52,805 nucleotides of DNA from Torpedo marmorata (taxonomy: Eukaryota): positions 52,525,196 to 52,578,000 of the forward strand of contig OZ360241.1 in assembly GCA_977017645.1 (NCBI GenBank), in the 5' to 3' direction. The notes under the pieces are model-generated. The model was given only the letters and a program-made list of their open reading frames with translations. It did no database searches and had not been told where the DNA came from. The position numbers and the translations under genes were made by a program. Of the stretch, positions 10,916 to 23,452 are shown one piece after another (positions within the stretch are counted from its first letter, which is position 1; each line of letters opens with the position of its first letter).

Positions 10916-11183
10916 TATTCCTAGTGGACAACATGTATGGTGGCCTTTCCCTCTTTTGCCTCAATAATGCTGCAATTTCTCAGCAATCTAAATTTGAAGC
11001 AATGGTCTGAAAGGTAAGTTGAACATGCAAATATCTGATCAGAGTGAAACTGCAGCCATCTGAACCACAGAGACAAGTTTTAGTCCCCTGTGAAATTGTG
11101 GAGAATAATGTTTAAAGGCTGGTAGTGTGCAATCTGACACAGTTCCAAGCACTAATAACAATCTCTCATTGTGTTTTTTACAG

Positions 11184-11249
11184 CATCACCTCACCCTAAC
11201 ATTGTTGGGAAGCCCTGCTTAAAGTTAAAAGTATATGTCAGACCAACAA
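11184..11249 (+). CDS. efna2: Ephrin-A2-like, internal 66-nt coding exon (end of receptor-binding domain)
   Basis: Acceptor gtgttttttacag and donor gtaagt; phase 1-1. Translates (x)SPHPNIVGKPCLKLKVYVRPT(N), the ephrin-A CLKLKV.VRP motif, closest to EFNA2 as I recall it. Confidence 0.93.
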
Positions 11250-11964
11250 GTAAGTCACGTGTGCTTGAATGTTTCCTGATATCTTCAATTGGCGTCATTC
11301 TTTTAAGGCATGCATGGTAATCATTATTAAATTAATGAGTTGAGAAAGTCGTGTAAGACTGAAATAGATATTGTGTTGTAAATCCTTCTTCCCTCACTGT
11401 TCTACTGTCATTTTCTTTCACTTTAATTCATCATCGCTGATTTGCCTTGATTTTAAAGCCAGATTAAACAACTTGGTAAGAACATTTTTATTGGACTTTA
11501 TAGCAGCAATAACATGGCTCCCCAGTTGGAATGAATTTGGGCTTAATGGAAGATTCAGGTCCAAATGATTAGGTTGACTGCTTTTATTGGGTTTTTTGGA
11601 TGAGAAATGGAGTTTTACATTAAGCTATTACACTAGTTTGCAAAGGGACTGTTTGAAGAAGGGCATGAATATTGTAGGTATGAGCATGATGCCAATGAGA
11701 AAATTGATCTGACTGAAACTGAGTCACTTTAACTGAACTAATCAAAATGTTTCAAATTTTTTGTTGGGCCTTTTTTTAATATCAGCTCTGCCAGAAAAAT
11801 CTGGTCAGGATATCTATGATTTAGAAAGTCTAATGAAACACATGCAAGCCACCAAGAGCAGGATTCGGGGAATATGTACAGTAAATATTGACAATAAATC
11901 ATTGATACAGGGATGTGTGCAGTACTTCATATATGCTGTGGTTTTGCATCCATAACCTCACTTA

Positions 11965-12232
11965 GGGCAGCACGGTTGGCGTAGCGGTTAGCGCAATGCC
12001 TTTACAGCGCCAGCGATCGGGACCGGGGTTCGAATCCCGCGCTGTCTGTAAGGAGTTTGTACGTTCTCCCCGTGTCTGCGTGGGTTTTCCCCGGGGGCTC
12101 TGGTTTCCTCCCACCGTTCGAAACGTACCAGGGGTGTAGGTTAATGGGGTGTAAATTGGGCAGCACGGACTCGTGGGCCGAAATGGCCTGTTACCATGCT
12201 GTATGTCTAAATTTAAATTTAAAATAAATTTA
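11965..12232 (+). mobile_element. tRNA-derived V-SINE (HE1-like), full length
   Basis: A-box-like tggcgtagcgg and B box GGTTCGAATCC; central gagtttgtacgttctccccgtgtctgcgtgggttt domain; tail ggcctgttaccatgctgtatgtc(taaatt)n. Confidence 0.92.
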
Positions 12233-14194
12233 ACATGTATATTACTTTGGATGATTGTTGGGGGGTCCTTATGCATATCCCTGAATTGATGACAATCTCA
12301 TTGGATATGGGAGTCCTCCTTTGAGCTATTCAGGTCTGTGGGGTTGGTTGCAGTGACTCAGTCGACCATTGTTAAAATCAGATTGAGCGGCTTGATGAGA
12401 CTAGATGCTGGATTTCAGGTGGAAACTTACAGTAGGTAATCACTTGACTTCATCAAGTGTGGGTTGGGCAGAGGAAGGAAACATAAAAATAAGGTAATCA
12501 ATTATTGGATACGGCATTAGGTTCAAAAAATACAAATGCCACAGGACATCTAGTGCTGTTTCAAGAGCAGGGATGTGGATGGGAGCTCAGTTCTACCCGC
12601 AGGCTATAAATAGAAAGGAGATAATAGTTTAGGACCCAGCACCAGGGTCAGATGAAGCTGCAGGAAAGGTTTTAGAGTAAAATCGAGTTATAAAGTGAGA
12701 CAGACAGTTTTCAGATTCTTGGGAAGGTATATAGTTTAAGCCCATGTTCTAAGCAAAATGATATTATTCAGATCTCTGCATGTTGCTTAAGGCTGAGTTT
12801 GATGGGGTTAGGATCTCAACATTAAACCAAAGCAAAATCACATTTCCCTGAAATCTTATTAATATAAAAAAGGTCCTTTGGACAATAATTATTTCCAAGA
12901 TTACACTGGAAATGTTTAATACTTTTCCCCTTAATGTCTTGAATTTTTTTTAAGGCTATAGTTTTCTTCAGTAAAGGGGGACTTGAAAACAGGATCCCTC
13001 TCTGCTCACTAACCCTATGCTTTGTAAATCACCCTCACACTGACACATAGCTACTGTTTCTATTTCTGTCGTAGACAGTTGTATGGAAGCAGTAGGGGTG
13101 AATGAAGGTGATTTCGATGTAAACAACAGTTCAGTTGAAGCTTCAGGTTAGTAATATCACAGTGCCTCATCTTTCTGTCACCTCTGTCTCCTTCCATTTT
13201 CCCTAATCCTTTCCTTGGCATGTCACACTCAGGGTTATTGCATATCTTAACAATTTCTGCACTTAAATTCAAATGGAATGTTAAATCTCAGGTACAAATC
13301 TTGAAGAAGAAACCGAAAGGGGATGATGGTGGAAGGGGTTGGATTAAAATGAGACATAATTATTCAGAATGTGTATCATTTTTATACCCTAAAATTAAAT
13401 CAACAAAGGAACTGTAATTCCTAGATCTCTCTGAAGACAACAAAATAAAGCAATAATCCTGGTTGTACATGCATCAATCTAACCGCCTGGATTAGATTTA
13501 TTATAATCTTTTTACTCTTCCTCTAACCAACCATTTCTAATAATGGAATACAACAAGGCTTGGCTACCAAGTATCTCTGTTGTATTCTGTGATTATTATG
13601 AGGCTTGGCTGTTAGTAGAGATTTAAGATGTCTCCTTTTCAAAACGTAATTATTCTATTTCAGAAATTATTTCTGATTTTTGATATATCAGCCAACATCA
13701 GAACCATCGATGTGACATTTGTCTTGTGCAACTAAATATTCCAATCCGACCAAGGAAATAAGCAACTATTTCCTTGAAATTATGTGGATATTGATGTTCA
13801 TTACCCTATTGGGTCTTTCTGAATGGAGGTGTTAAAATAAGTTCAAAAATATTAAACACTGCCACTGTAAAGCAAGTGTTCAGAGCTGAATTGTGTAAAT
13901 TCAAGGCCACATTCTATTGAACAGCAGGAGGACTCTCAAAGCCTCAAATGGGCTCAATAGGAGACTGTGAGGGCTTTCTACCTCATAATCAGTGTGTGTG
14001 CGAGAGTGTAATGATCCTCTAACTCTTGACAAGTTTGAATGGGAGAGTGTGAGGGTATTCTAACCATCAACAAGGTGGTTGGGGATAGCACAAAAATCCT
14101 CCTGAACCTCAATCTGGGTCAATGGATGAGTATGAGGTCCCTCTCACCTTGACCAGGCTGAATAACCAAGATCAAAAGGTTTGGCTTCCATATA

Positions 14195-14415
14195 CAATAA
14201 AACCCCTGGTATCCGGCACCAATGCGGATTGGTAGATGCCGGATAAGTGAATTGTCCAGTTGCTTGAGACGACGTGTTGCGTGATTGGCGAACTAATGGT
14301 GAAGCGCGCCAATTTTAATCTTCTGTATTTTATACCTATTTATTTACCGCTATTTTTTTTGCCGGTTGCTTGAGGCTGCTGGTTGCTTGAATTTCGGACA
14401 ACAGGGGTTTTACTA
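14195..14415. mobile_element. Pogo/Tigger-type MITE, copy 1
   Basis: TIR close to CAGTAAAACCCCTG with TA flanks; same family as 15128-15346 and 43586-43807. Confidence 0.85.
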
Positions 14416-15127
14416 TAAACTGGAAGCGATCATTGTGATTGAACAATTAAGGATATCAAGAGATATAGGGATCATGGAGGAATGTGGGTTAGGTAGTGGA
14501 TCATCCATGATTTTGTTGAATGACGGAGCAGGCTCGTAATGAGGCTGAGGTTCAACCAAGCTCAATAAACAAGTCTGAAGAACATCTAACCCTTAACAGT
14601 GTGGTTTGGGAAAGGATTTAGGCCATCCAACTTTCGAGCAGGCCTTTTTGTGGTGTGACTACTCTTTGATCTACAAAGCATGTCGAGCAGTAGGTTTATT
14701 TTTGTGTAGTATTGAAGGTAAGGTTGTTGCTTGTGTTAGATTTCCAGAAATTTGAAAGGTTATGGAATCTACTTAACCGTTAAATCACAAAGGATTATTA
14801 AGTTCCCACTCCAGACATAAGGAAAATCTGGATCATAGAAGAGCCAGACTTTACCTTCCATTGATTCGGCATCTTGGGGGCTCTTCACGGGTTTCCCCAA
14901 CATTGTCCAATTTACTGTGCAAGAAAGAGCTGCACCAACTTCTCCAAGCAAGAGTTGCTTCATAAGGGCAAGAGAAACAGGAGATGGACAGGAGCACAAA
15001 ACATCACGAGCCTGCTCCGTCATTCAACAAGATCATGGATGATCCTCTACCTAACCCACATTCCTCTATGATCCCTATATCTCTTGATATCCTTAATTGT
15101 TCAATCACAATGATCACTTCCAGTGTA

Positions 15128-15346
15128 CAGTAAAACCCCTGTTATCCGGAATTCAAGCAACTGGCAGCCTCAAGCAACCGGCAAAAAATTGCGAAAAATA
15201 AATAGGTAAAAAATACAGAAGATTAAAATTGGCGCGCTTCACTGTTAGTTCGCCAATCATGCAACACGCAGATTCAAGCAACCGGACAATTCACTTATCT
15301 GGCATCTATCAATCCCCATAGGTGCCAGATACCAGGGGTTTTACTG
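15128..15346. mobile_element. Pogo/Tigger-type MITE, copy 2 (inverted)
   Basis: TA|CAGTAAAACCCCTG...CAGGGGTTTTACTG|TA. Confidence 0.88.
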
Positions 15347-15504
15347 TATATGGAAGCCAAACCTTTTGATCTTAACAAGAAATAAATTGGAGTTCAGATT
15401 ATCAGAGTTCAGTATCATCAGAAAAATTTTCAGTATCTTTGTTCTGAGTTTATCCCTTGTGGAATGAAATTATCAGCCAGTAATTTACACAGATGAAAGT
15501 CTCC

Positions 15505-15905
15505 ATAGCAGAGTTAGGGCTTTTCTCTTTGGAGCAAAGAAGGATGAGAGGTGACTTAATAGAGGTTTACAAGATTCTGAGAGGCATAGATAAGGTGGGC
15601 AGCCAGCACCTTTTTCCCAGGGCAGGAGCAGCAAACATCAGAGGACATGTGTACAAAGTTTAGGGGAGACATCAGGGGTACGTTTTTTACACAGAGAGTT
15701 GTGGGTGCCTGGAATGCATTGCCAGGGGTGTGGTGGTGGAAGCTGGAACAAAAGGGCATTTAAGAGACTTTTAGTCAGGCACATGGATGAAAGAAAAATA
15801 GAGGATTATGAGGTAGGGAGGGTTTCGTTTTTTTTGGGGGGTAGGTATTTATAGGTTGGCACAACATTGTGGGCTGAAGGGCCTGTACTGTGCTGTAGTC
15901 TTCTA
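15505..15905 (+). mobile_element. CR1 LINE 3' fragment
   Basis: Translates LGLFSLEQRRMRGDLIEVYKILRGIDKV; ends gggctgaagggcctgtactgtgctgtagtc. Confidence 0.88.
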
Positions 15906-16363
15906 TGTAAAATCACCGAATCAGGCAATGTCAAAACGCAAATTTATTAGATGGTCTTTAATTCTCAGGTGTTGTTTTCCATTAGCACACTTTTATCGCT
16001 GGATTGGATGATTGGCCTCATGGTGTGGTGTTGTGGTGGACACTCAGGAGGAGATGGCTTAAGTTCCCGCTGGTATCACTGAACTCAGCTTTGAACTAGA
16101 CTTGTCCCAGGCACTGTCAAGTGTCAGCATCTTTTGAAAGAGCGGTGAGGTTTTTCCTCAATCACATTCAAGGACTAGGGGTATTGCCAGCAAGATAATT
16201 CATAATTTTCCGTGAGAAGGCGTTGGCGACCTGCCATTGTGATCCTTGAAGGCACTGTACCACAGGTCAGAATGACTGCTTAGGGTGGTGGACTGATGCT
16301 ATTCAAATCTAATGATAATTTTTGGATCCATATGGGAGTCCAGTGTAATGGAGTTGGGGCCAA

Positions 16364-16742
16364 TCAGGAAATTTCATCGACAAGTTAAGAGAAGATGGTG
16401 GTGTTCCTACCTGCATGGGACAGGAATCAGCCACAAGGGAGTAGACTCAATGGGCGCAATAACCTATTCCTGCCAGTATTTCTCCTGTTCTTACATTACC
16501 TCTGCAACATTTGCTGAAAAAGATTTCTCTATCCTCTAAGATGTTCCCTAAAATTTATTTTTTTTTGTTCTTTTTTTATCTGACCTGACACAACCAATGA
16601 ATACCAGAAATTTCAGTTTTTAAAATATATGTTTTCCGTAATTTTTGGTCTAATTCACGTTACAATAACTAACAGTCGGTTCCTGCTCTGTGCAGATAGG
16701 TACACCACCAGCTTCTCTCAACCTGTCGATGAAATTTCCTGA
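16364..16742. repeat. ~68-bp imperfect inverted repeat (16364-16431 / 16675-16742)
   Basis: tcaggaaatttcatcgacaagttaagagaagatggtggtgt versus acaccaccagcttctctcaacctgtcgatgaaatttcctga. Confidence 0.85.
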
Positions 16743-17399
16743 ATTTCAGCAACAAAAACTGAATCGGATCAAAGGTTGACAAATTTGAAATAAGTTGATA
16801 AACCACAATTTCTGTTGCCTTCCAGAGATGTGGCCTCCCATTGAGTCCTTGCGGTGAAATTAAAATGACCTCTAACCTTCACGAAACCACAGGAGCATCT
16901 AAGAAAATTGTTAAAATGAAACCGATTTCTGACTTATTTTAAACTCTAAACTTTGGGATAAAACCTTTTTTTTATCTTACTATAAATATTTTTAACATGT
17001 ACCATACTGTAATTGCTAAACCTCATGGAACCTAATCTCTCATTATACTTTGAAAAGTGCTCTAGGAATCTACCTTAATGATGCCTCATGAACAGAGGAA
17101 GCTGACACTAATTTGCTCACTAGTTAAATGCTTGCAGAGAGTTATCAATAACCAGTGACATTTTTAATAACATTTAACTTTTGCTGGATAATGAGATAAA
17201 GGTGAATGATTGAGTAGGTGCTTCAGTGGAAGAGGGGAAAAGAGAACTTATTAAAGCAGGAGCCAAAAGAATGTTTCTTTAATCAACTCATCCACCCTCC
17301 AGCTCCTCGCCAGTAATGGAGACAATGCCATTGACTCCACAGTCAAGACTGCAGTTTTGTTCAACTGCCGCTGTTTCCTGGCCGACTCAAGCGGACAAC

Positions 17400-17645
17400 T
17401 TTAATTGTTCCTCCACTGGCAGCTGTGCCTTCAGCAGTCACGGTCCTAAATTCTGGAATTCCCTCTGTAAATCTTTCCATTCTGTTTTACTCCTTTAAGA
17501 TTCTCCTTAAAGCTTATCCCCCTTGACCAAGCTTCTGCCCTCTACTTCTGTGGTGTGACATCAGTATTTGTTTAGTAACATGCCTGGAAAGAGCCTGGGC
17601 ACGTTTTACTATTTTAGAGGTGGTTTACGAATGAAGATTGTTTGC
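17400..17645 (+). mobile_element. Old L2 LINE 3' fragment
   Basis: GSCAFSSHGPKFWNSL followed by cctttaagattctccttaaag resembles the L2 ORF2 C-terminal G.RAFS..P.LWNSLP..FK..LK motif. Confidence 0.6.
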
Positions 17646-17850
17646 CTGGAAATTGGTTGGGGCAATACACCATTCAATCAGCACTGGCAGGCTAATGACC
17701 ATCTCACTTGCGGACCTGCTGCTACCCAACTTTCGTACCTGGGGCCTACTGAGGATTTGGAGAGGAGGGAAGACTGGTAATCTGTGGGCTGGTGGAGAAG
17801 TTGGGTTAACAATCAGCCTGTGCTGAATTAAGAAGATCTAGTTGTCTCAA

Positions 17851-18570
17851 GGGGGTGGCACGGTTAGCATAGTGGTTAGCACAGGGGCACCCAAACTTTT
17901 TAGACCATCGACCACTTCATGGAATCCTTGATCCCTCACGGACCCCAAGACATGGAATCCCCCCTGGCGGGGGAGGGGGGGGGTTGTGGTGGTGGCAGCA
18001 CTGGATGGGGGGGAGGGTGGTGGTGGCGCTGGACGGGTGGGGGGAGGGACAGTGGGGTGGCGGTGGCGTTGGAAACATACCTCCTTCACCGCTCTGTCAG
18101 TCCTTCGCTCTCTACTTATTAAAAGGCCGAAGCCAAATACAACATAGCGGCCACCAAGGCCAGCTCTCATGAGAGGTTGGGCACCCTTGCCATAGACGCT
18201 ATTTTCCATAGACACGCCCCTGCTTTCGACCACAAAAGTTCAATCGACCCCCCGCCCCACCGTTTATCGACCCCCTGGCATTTATTGACCCCTTGGATTG
18301 TCCCATCGACCCCCAGGGGTCGATATCAACCACTTTGGAGGCCCCTGGGTTAGCACAATGCTATTACAGCGCCAGCGACCCGGGTTCGAATCCAGTGCTC
18401 TCTGTAAGGAGTTTGTACATTCTCTCCTGTCTGAATGGGTTTACTCTGGGCGCTCCTGTTTCCTCCCACCGTTCAAAACGTACAGGGGTTGTAGGTTAAT
18501 TGGGGTATTTGAGCGGCATGGGCTCGTGGGCCAGAAGGGCCTGTTACTGTGCTGTATGTCTAAATTTAAA
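17851..18570 (+). mobile_element. V-SINE interrupted by a hAT MITE
   Basis: The SINE head 17851-17881 resumes at 18348 and runs to the gtctaaatttaaa tail. Confidence 0.88.
17882..18347. mobile_element. Non-autonomous hAT-type DNA transposon
   Basis: TIR CAGGGGcacccaaa / tttggaggCCCCTG; perfect 8-bp TSD ggttagca (17874-17881, 18348-18355). Confidence 0.88.
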
Positions 18571-19889
18571 TATAAGAGTACCCAACAATGATCACCACTG
18601 GGACGCCATTAATTTCCCCCACAGTTCTCCCATAGGAGTGCTGTACAGGGATTGATGTCCTAGCTAGAGATAGAACTGTATCAATATGCTTACCAGAAGC
18701 CAACCTTTTGTACTCACACCAACCTCACCAAGCTGGCTACCTAGGCCGAAAACTCTTCACCTCTCTGCAAAGTGGAATTTATCAACTCTGCTGAGGCAGC
18801 AGAGTAGTAACCTAGTAAGGGAAAATGACATTGCCATGAGAGGTGAGAGAGGGTCTGAATCTCAGCTCAAACCGGAGGTGGGCAGCAGTGAGTCCATGGA
18901 CCAATGCTCTCCAGTGCACTCAGAGGAACCAGGGCAGAAATTCATATGATGGAGGTACATCTCCCGTTGGACCTGATTGTCCAAGCAGAAGTCAGCTGAG
19001 CATTGTTAGATAGCTGATTGGTTAAGTAGTAAAGTCAGAATGTATGCAGGCAGATCCTCCAGGACGTTCCAGAGCAGATTTCTGAGTTTATGCGAATGAT
19101 CCTCTGGATGAATACAATTAAAAATCAGACTTTAATTTGAGAGAAGATGTTCAGAATGTTGGGTGTAAAGGATGGGAGGAAGGTGAAGTGAATCATAAAT
19201 ATTGGTACGTTTTGGTTGTGCCAAATGGCCTGTGTTTCCATGGTGTATCCTACATATTCCCTTGCAATATTGTAGTGGAAGTAAGCTTCCAACAAGTACT
19301 TACTCGCACTTCCAAAGACTAGTGGTCTCCAGAGGAGGAAGTGGAATTGGAAGAGTGCAAGTGTGCTGCTGGATATCCAGTGAGTGCTGGTTTCTACTCA
19401 CTTCAATCAAAGAAATGGGGTTGGTGCCACTGAATCAGGGGCCTGGTTCTGCAAGAAGCTGGTTAAGGAAAGGTTGCTAGCCAGCCAATCAGGAATCTTA
19501 ACCCTTCTTTCAAAATTCACCGAGTGGATAACTAACAGGGAACAGTTTATTCCCGGTGCTCATTCGCTCTGCTGGGTAAGAAGGTATCTTTATTCCATAA
19601 GCACACTGAAATTCTTTCTCAGGTCTCCACTGGGAATCAACTCCTTGCAGTGACCTTTCCACTGGTGAGCTTTTACTGGGAGACTTCGGAGACTTTGTGG
19701 GATAAAGAAACTGAATGAGACCATGAACAAGTATCAACCCTGACACTTCAAAGCATTCTATTTCCATTCGACAATGTAGTCATGGAATAACCTTTCCAAT
19801 TTTTTATTTTCTTACTAATTCACAATTCACTGTACATGAGAATGTGAGGTTAAGAGTTCTTCATAGTATGGAGGAGGCTTTTAAGTCTG

Positions 19890-20055
19890 AAGGGACAGGG
19901 AAGACTGCAGATGCTGGAATATGAAGGCAAACACCATCTGCTGCAGGAACTCAGTGAGTCGAGCAGCATCAGTGGAAGAAAAAGAATGGTTGACGTTCTC
20001 TTTCACCCACTGACGTTGTTTGACTCGCTGAGTTCCTCCAGCAAATTGTGTTTGG
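19890..20055. mobile_element. Palindromic pLTR-derived hairpin element (hammerhead core deleted)
   Basis: ggaactcagtgagtcgagcagcatcagtgg / ccactgacgttgtttgactcgctgagttcc inverted arms. Confidence 0.65.
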
Positions 20056-20070
20056 CCACGGAGTCTGTTG

Positions 20071-20351
20071 AATTTAAATTTAAATTTTAAATTTAAATTT
20101 AGACATACATACATGCAGCACGGTAACATGCCCCTCCGCCCCATGAGCCCGTTCTGCACAAATACCCCAATTAACCTACAACCCCCACACGTTTTTGAAA
20201 GGTGGGAGGAAACCAGAGGAAACCCACACAAACACGGGGAAAACGTAAAAACGTACAGACTCCTTACAGACAGTGCCGGATACGAACCCGGGTCACTGGC
20301 ACTGTAATAGCGTTGAGTTAACACTACCGGCTACGCCAACCGTGCCGCCCC
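20071..20351 (-). mobile_element. V-SINE
   Basis: Reverse complement of the 11965 copy, with an (aattta)n tail. Confidence 0.9.
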
Positions 20352-21394
20352 GGTTAACCTGCCAGCCCAATAGTTTTGCTCCCCTATCTATGCCCATGCT
20401 AGGATTCTGAATCAATGTCCACCTCAGTTTCAGGCCTATGACCTAATTACTGTAATTACCCAGAATATACCTAAGGCTATCTTAGATTTTGTTTCCTTCT
20501 CTGTTGCTTTCTGATTAATAAATAACTTTCACCATCTACTTTTGCTCATGACCTTATGTTGATCCCTTTCACTTTCGTACCAATGGAAATATTTTAAGCA
20601 CTCATATTTCTGAGTCATCTGTTAAATTGTCCTCTATTTAAATAGGAGCTGCAGTTTCTTTGAGCTCTCCTTACATTTAAATGGTGGCGATTGTCTTGAT
20701 GAATCCACTGTCATGCTTTGCCTTTTGTTTTTGGCCTCTAGGCTGGTAGGTAGCATGCCAGAGTGGTTTTCATCCAGGCACCCAGGCAATGAACATTGGC
20801 TGTTTGCTTGTGGAAGCACCACACAGGAACCATCCTGTGTCTCTGCTGGTGTGCTGCTTTTCTGCAGGTGCCTGTGGACAGGTTTGATGAGCGGAAGCCT
20901 TGACTGCCCTCGCATCTTGCATTGACTGATTGCTTCTTTTTAGGTTCCTGGCAAGGCAACCAAGCAACCCTTAGATGGGCAGAGTGGACGTGCAGGGGCT
21001 GAGTTGGTAAATGGCTCATTTAAAGCAGGTTAACACACATGTGGAGGTCCCAATGACTCAACTCTGCAAACTGTCTCACTGAGTTCCACCTCAGCAGCTC
21101 TGCTTCACATTGGGCAGAGATTCCTACCCATGTGTGGCCCTCCACACTCAGCCCAGTGTCTCCAAGATATAGCACTGTGTAACAGTGTTTATTGTGTCAG
21201 ATATGGCTAACCCCTTAACTCGCTAAGTTCCAGAAGTATGGCAAAACTGTGGTTAAATGACTGGACGAGCATTAAACGACCTGATTTAAGTGAACTGGAG
21301 ATGTGAGCTGAGGACTTAAAGCCTAAATAATTAAATAAATATGGGACAACAAGTTGGTGAGAATAAGCATGACTGTGAAACTGCTATCGTTAAG

Positions 21395-21758
21395 TGAAGT
21401 CAAGTCAAGTTTATTATCATCTGATTGCACAAGTACAACCAAACAAAACAGCGTTCTCCGGTCCTCAGTGCAAAACACACAGACACACAACCAGACATAA
21501 CACACAAACAGACAAACAATACATATGCAGGACAAGTATTCCATCTATAAAAATAAATAAATAAATAAATATTGTTTAGTTAATATTAGTGTCTCGGATG
21601 GTTAGTGTGAGCAGTTCTTTTGGTCGTTCAGCATTCTCACTGCCCATGGGAAGAAGCTGTTCCTCAGCCTGGTGGTGCTGGCTCTGATACTCCTGTAGCT
21701 CTTGCCCGACAGGAGCAACTGAAAGATGCTGTGTGCAGGGTGGAAGAGGTCCTCAATG
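21395..21758 (-). mobile_element. Rex1/Babar-type LINE 3' end
   Basis: Minus strand encodes the DLFHPAHSIFQLLLSGKSYRSIRASTTRLRNSFFPWAVR C-terminus, then a UTR and an (acttg)n tail. Confidence 0.8.
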
Positions 21759-23294
21759 ACCAGTACTTAATTCAGCTTCGGGAAGGTGGTGGAATCTTAT
21801 CTGCCCCTGTGAAGTGGCCACGCAAATTGTGTGGATTGTGGTTGGTTGTAGCTGCTAGTTACACCCACATGCTAGGAATAAAACAGAGAGGGGTGAAGCT
21901 GAACCTCTCTCTGCTACAGGCTCAGCAAGTGGAGGGAGCTCGGACGGGAACCTCTGGCCTGAATTTGTCCAGAGACTGTAATTTAATTCCCTCAAATGAC
22001 ATCAAGTGACCAGTGGGGAGACTATTAAGGGCTCCAATCATTTGCTATGCTGCATAACCTTGACCTGTGATAGACCTCTTGCTCCTTGGTGGACTTTGGA
22101 TTTCCATTCAGGCCTGGCCTGGTCGTAGAGTTATTTGCAATTCTGCCCTCCCAACAGGGAGTCACAGTTCAGGGAGCACAGGCCAAAGAATGAATGGTAT
22201 ATTAGTCTGGCCAACTCCCAGTTGATAGGAAGGACACTGGATACAATGGTTCAATGTCAGCTCAGTGAGCAAGCTGGGATTTTGCTCTGCTCCTTCCCTC
22301 AATAGAAAGACAAAAAATACAAAACCTCTAAATCCCGTGCCACCTGTCTTTCATTCAATGGGCCCTTGGCTAATTTGTGGCCTGTCCACTCCCTCCCCCA
22401 GACCCCCCACCCTCACCCTCTCCTTTGCCTTATATATGTTAACACTTTTGGTTTAACAGATCTTTTCCATCTCAGATCTAAATTTTTCTGGTCTGGTTTC
22501 AATTGCCACATACAGAAGAGAGCTCCAAGTTTTTCTCTCCATCTACATGTAGAAGTCTTTCATAATTTCACTCTTAAAATGTGTCTGGCTCTTATTGTTA
22601 GACCATAGTCCCAACCCTGGAATCCCAGCATGTAGAAATATTTTCTCTTTTTCTGCCCTATGAGTTTTCTTTAGTAGCTTGGAAACTTAAGATTATTTCT
22701 TAACCTTTTACATTCCAGGGAATACAACTTTAGCTCAAATACTTTCAGCATCTTAATTAATCCTTGGATGTTCTCATATCCTTCTGGTTATTTACCTTGT
22801 ACTTCCTGCAACCCACTTTATCCCTGCTCACAGTGCTCCAGGTGAGGTTAACCAGGGTTTTGTACATAACTGTACATTAATACCATTGATGAGAGAATTC
22901 CAATTTTCATTCAGCAAGTGAGTTGGATTTAGGTTCAATTATTTAGTTATTGTCATAGAGTAATAGAATCATTCAGGTAATTAATAGGGTTGTTAATCCT
23001 AAAATTTTGCATTCTCATCTTGTGAAAAAATACCTGACTGCTGCTTGGTAACGAGGTCTGAGAAACCAGGTGCAGACAAGTAGATTCACTTCATCCACGC
23101 CGAAAGTCTGTGGTCTGGAGATGAAGCCCTAAACAACAACAGGCTCTGGTTTGTGACAATAGCTTATCAAGAAGCTCTCCCTTGAAGTGACCTTGAAAGA
23201 TGTTTAAATTATTCTTCAAATATCTTCAGGGAGCCTAGCTAGCCAGGGGATGTTTGTGGAGCAAGTTTGCTACCTAATGCCAAGAGAGATGGCA

Positions 23295-23390
23295 ATACAT
23301 AAAAGTGTTGGAGAAACTCAGCAGTTCACGCAGCATCCATAGGAAGTAAATGGCGATCAACGTTTTGGGACTGAGCCCTTCGTCGGGAAT
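23295..23390 (-). mobile_element. Penelope pLTR-like fragment with mutated hammerhead core
   Basis: Minus strand ccgacgaagggctcagtcccaaaacgttg, followed by the ctgctgagtttctcca block. Confidence 0.6.
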
Positions 23391-23452
23391 GAGATTTAGG
23401 AGAAGTTGCTTTAATGAAGGCTTTCTTTTGTCGTGTCAGTAGGTTACATTCT

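Larger units (their letters stand above)
14168..15373. repeat. ~370-bp inverted duplication (arms 14168-14541 and 15002-15373)
   Basis: The arms are reverse complements along their whole length, including sequence outside the embedded MITE. Confidence 0.9.

Noticed and set aside
11965-12045. tRNA gene (A/B boxes, GGTTCGAATCC)
   Set aside because: It is the tRNA-derived head of a multi-copy SINE, with no complete cloverleaf.
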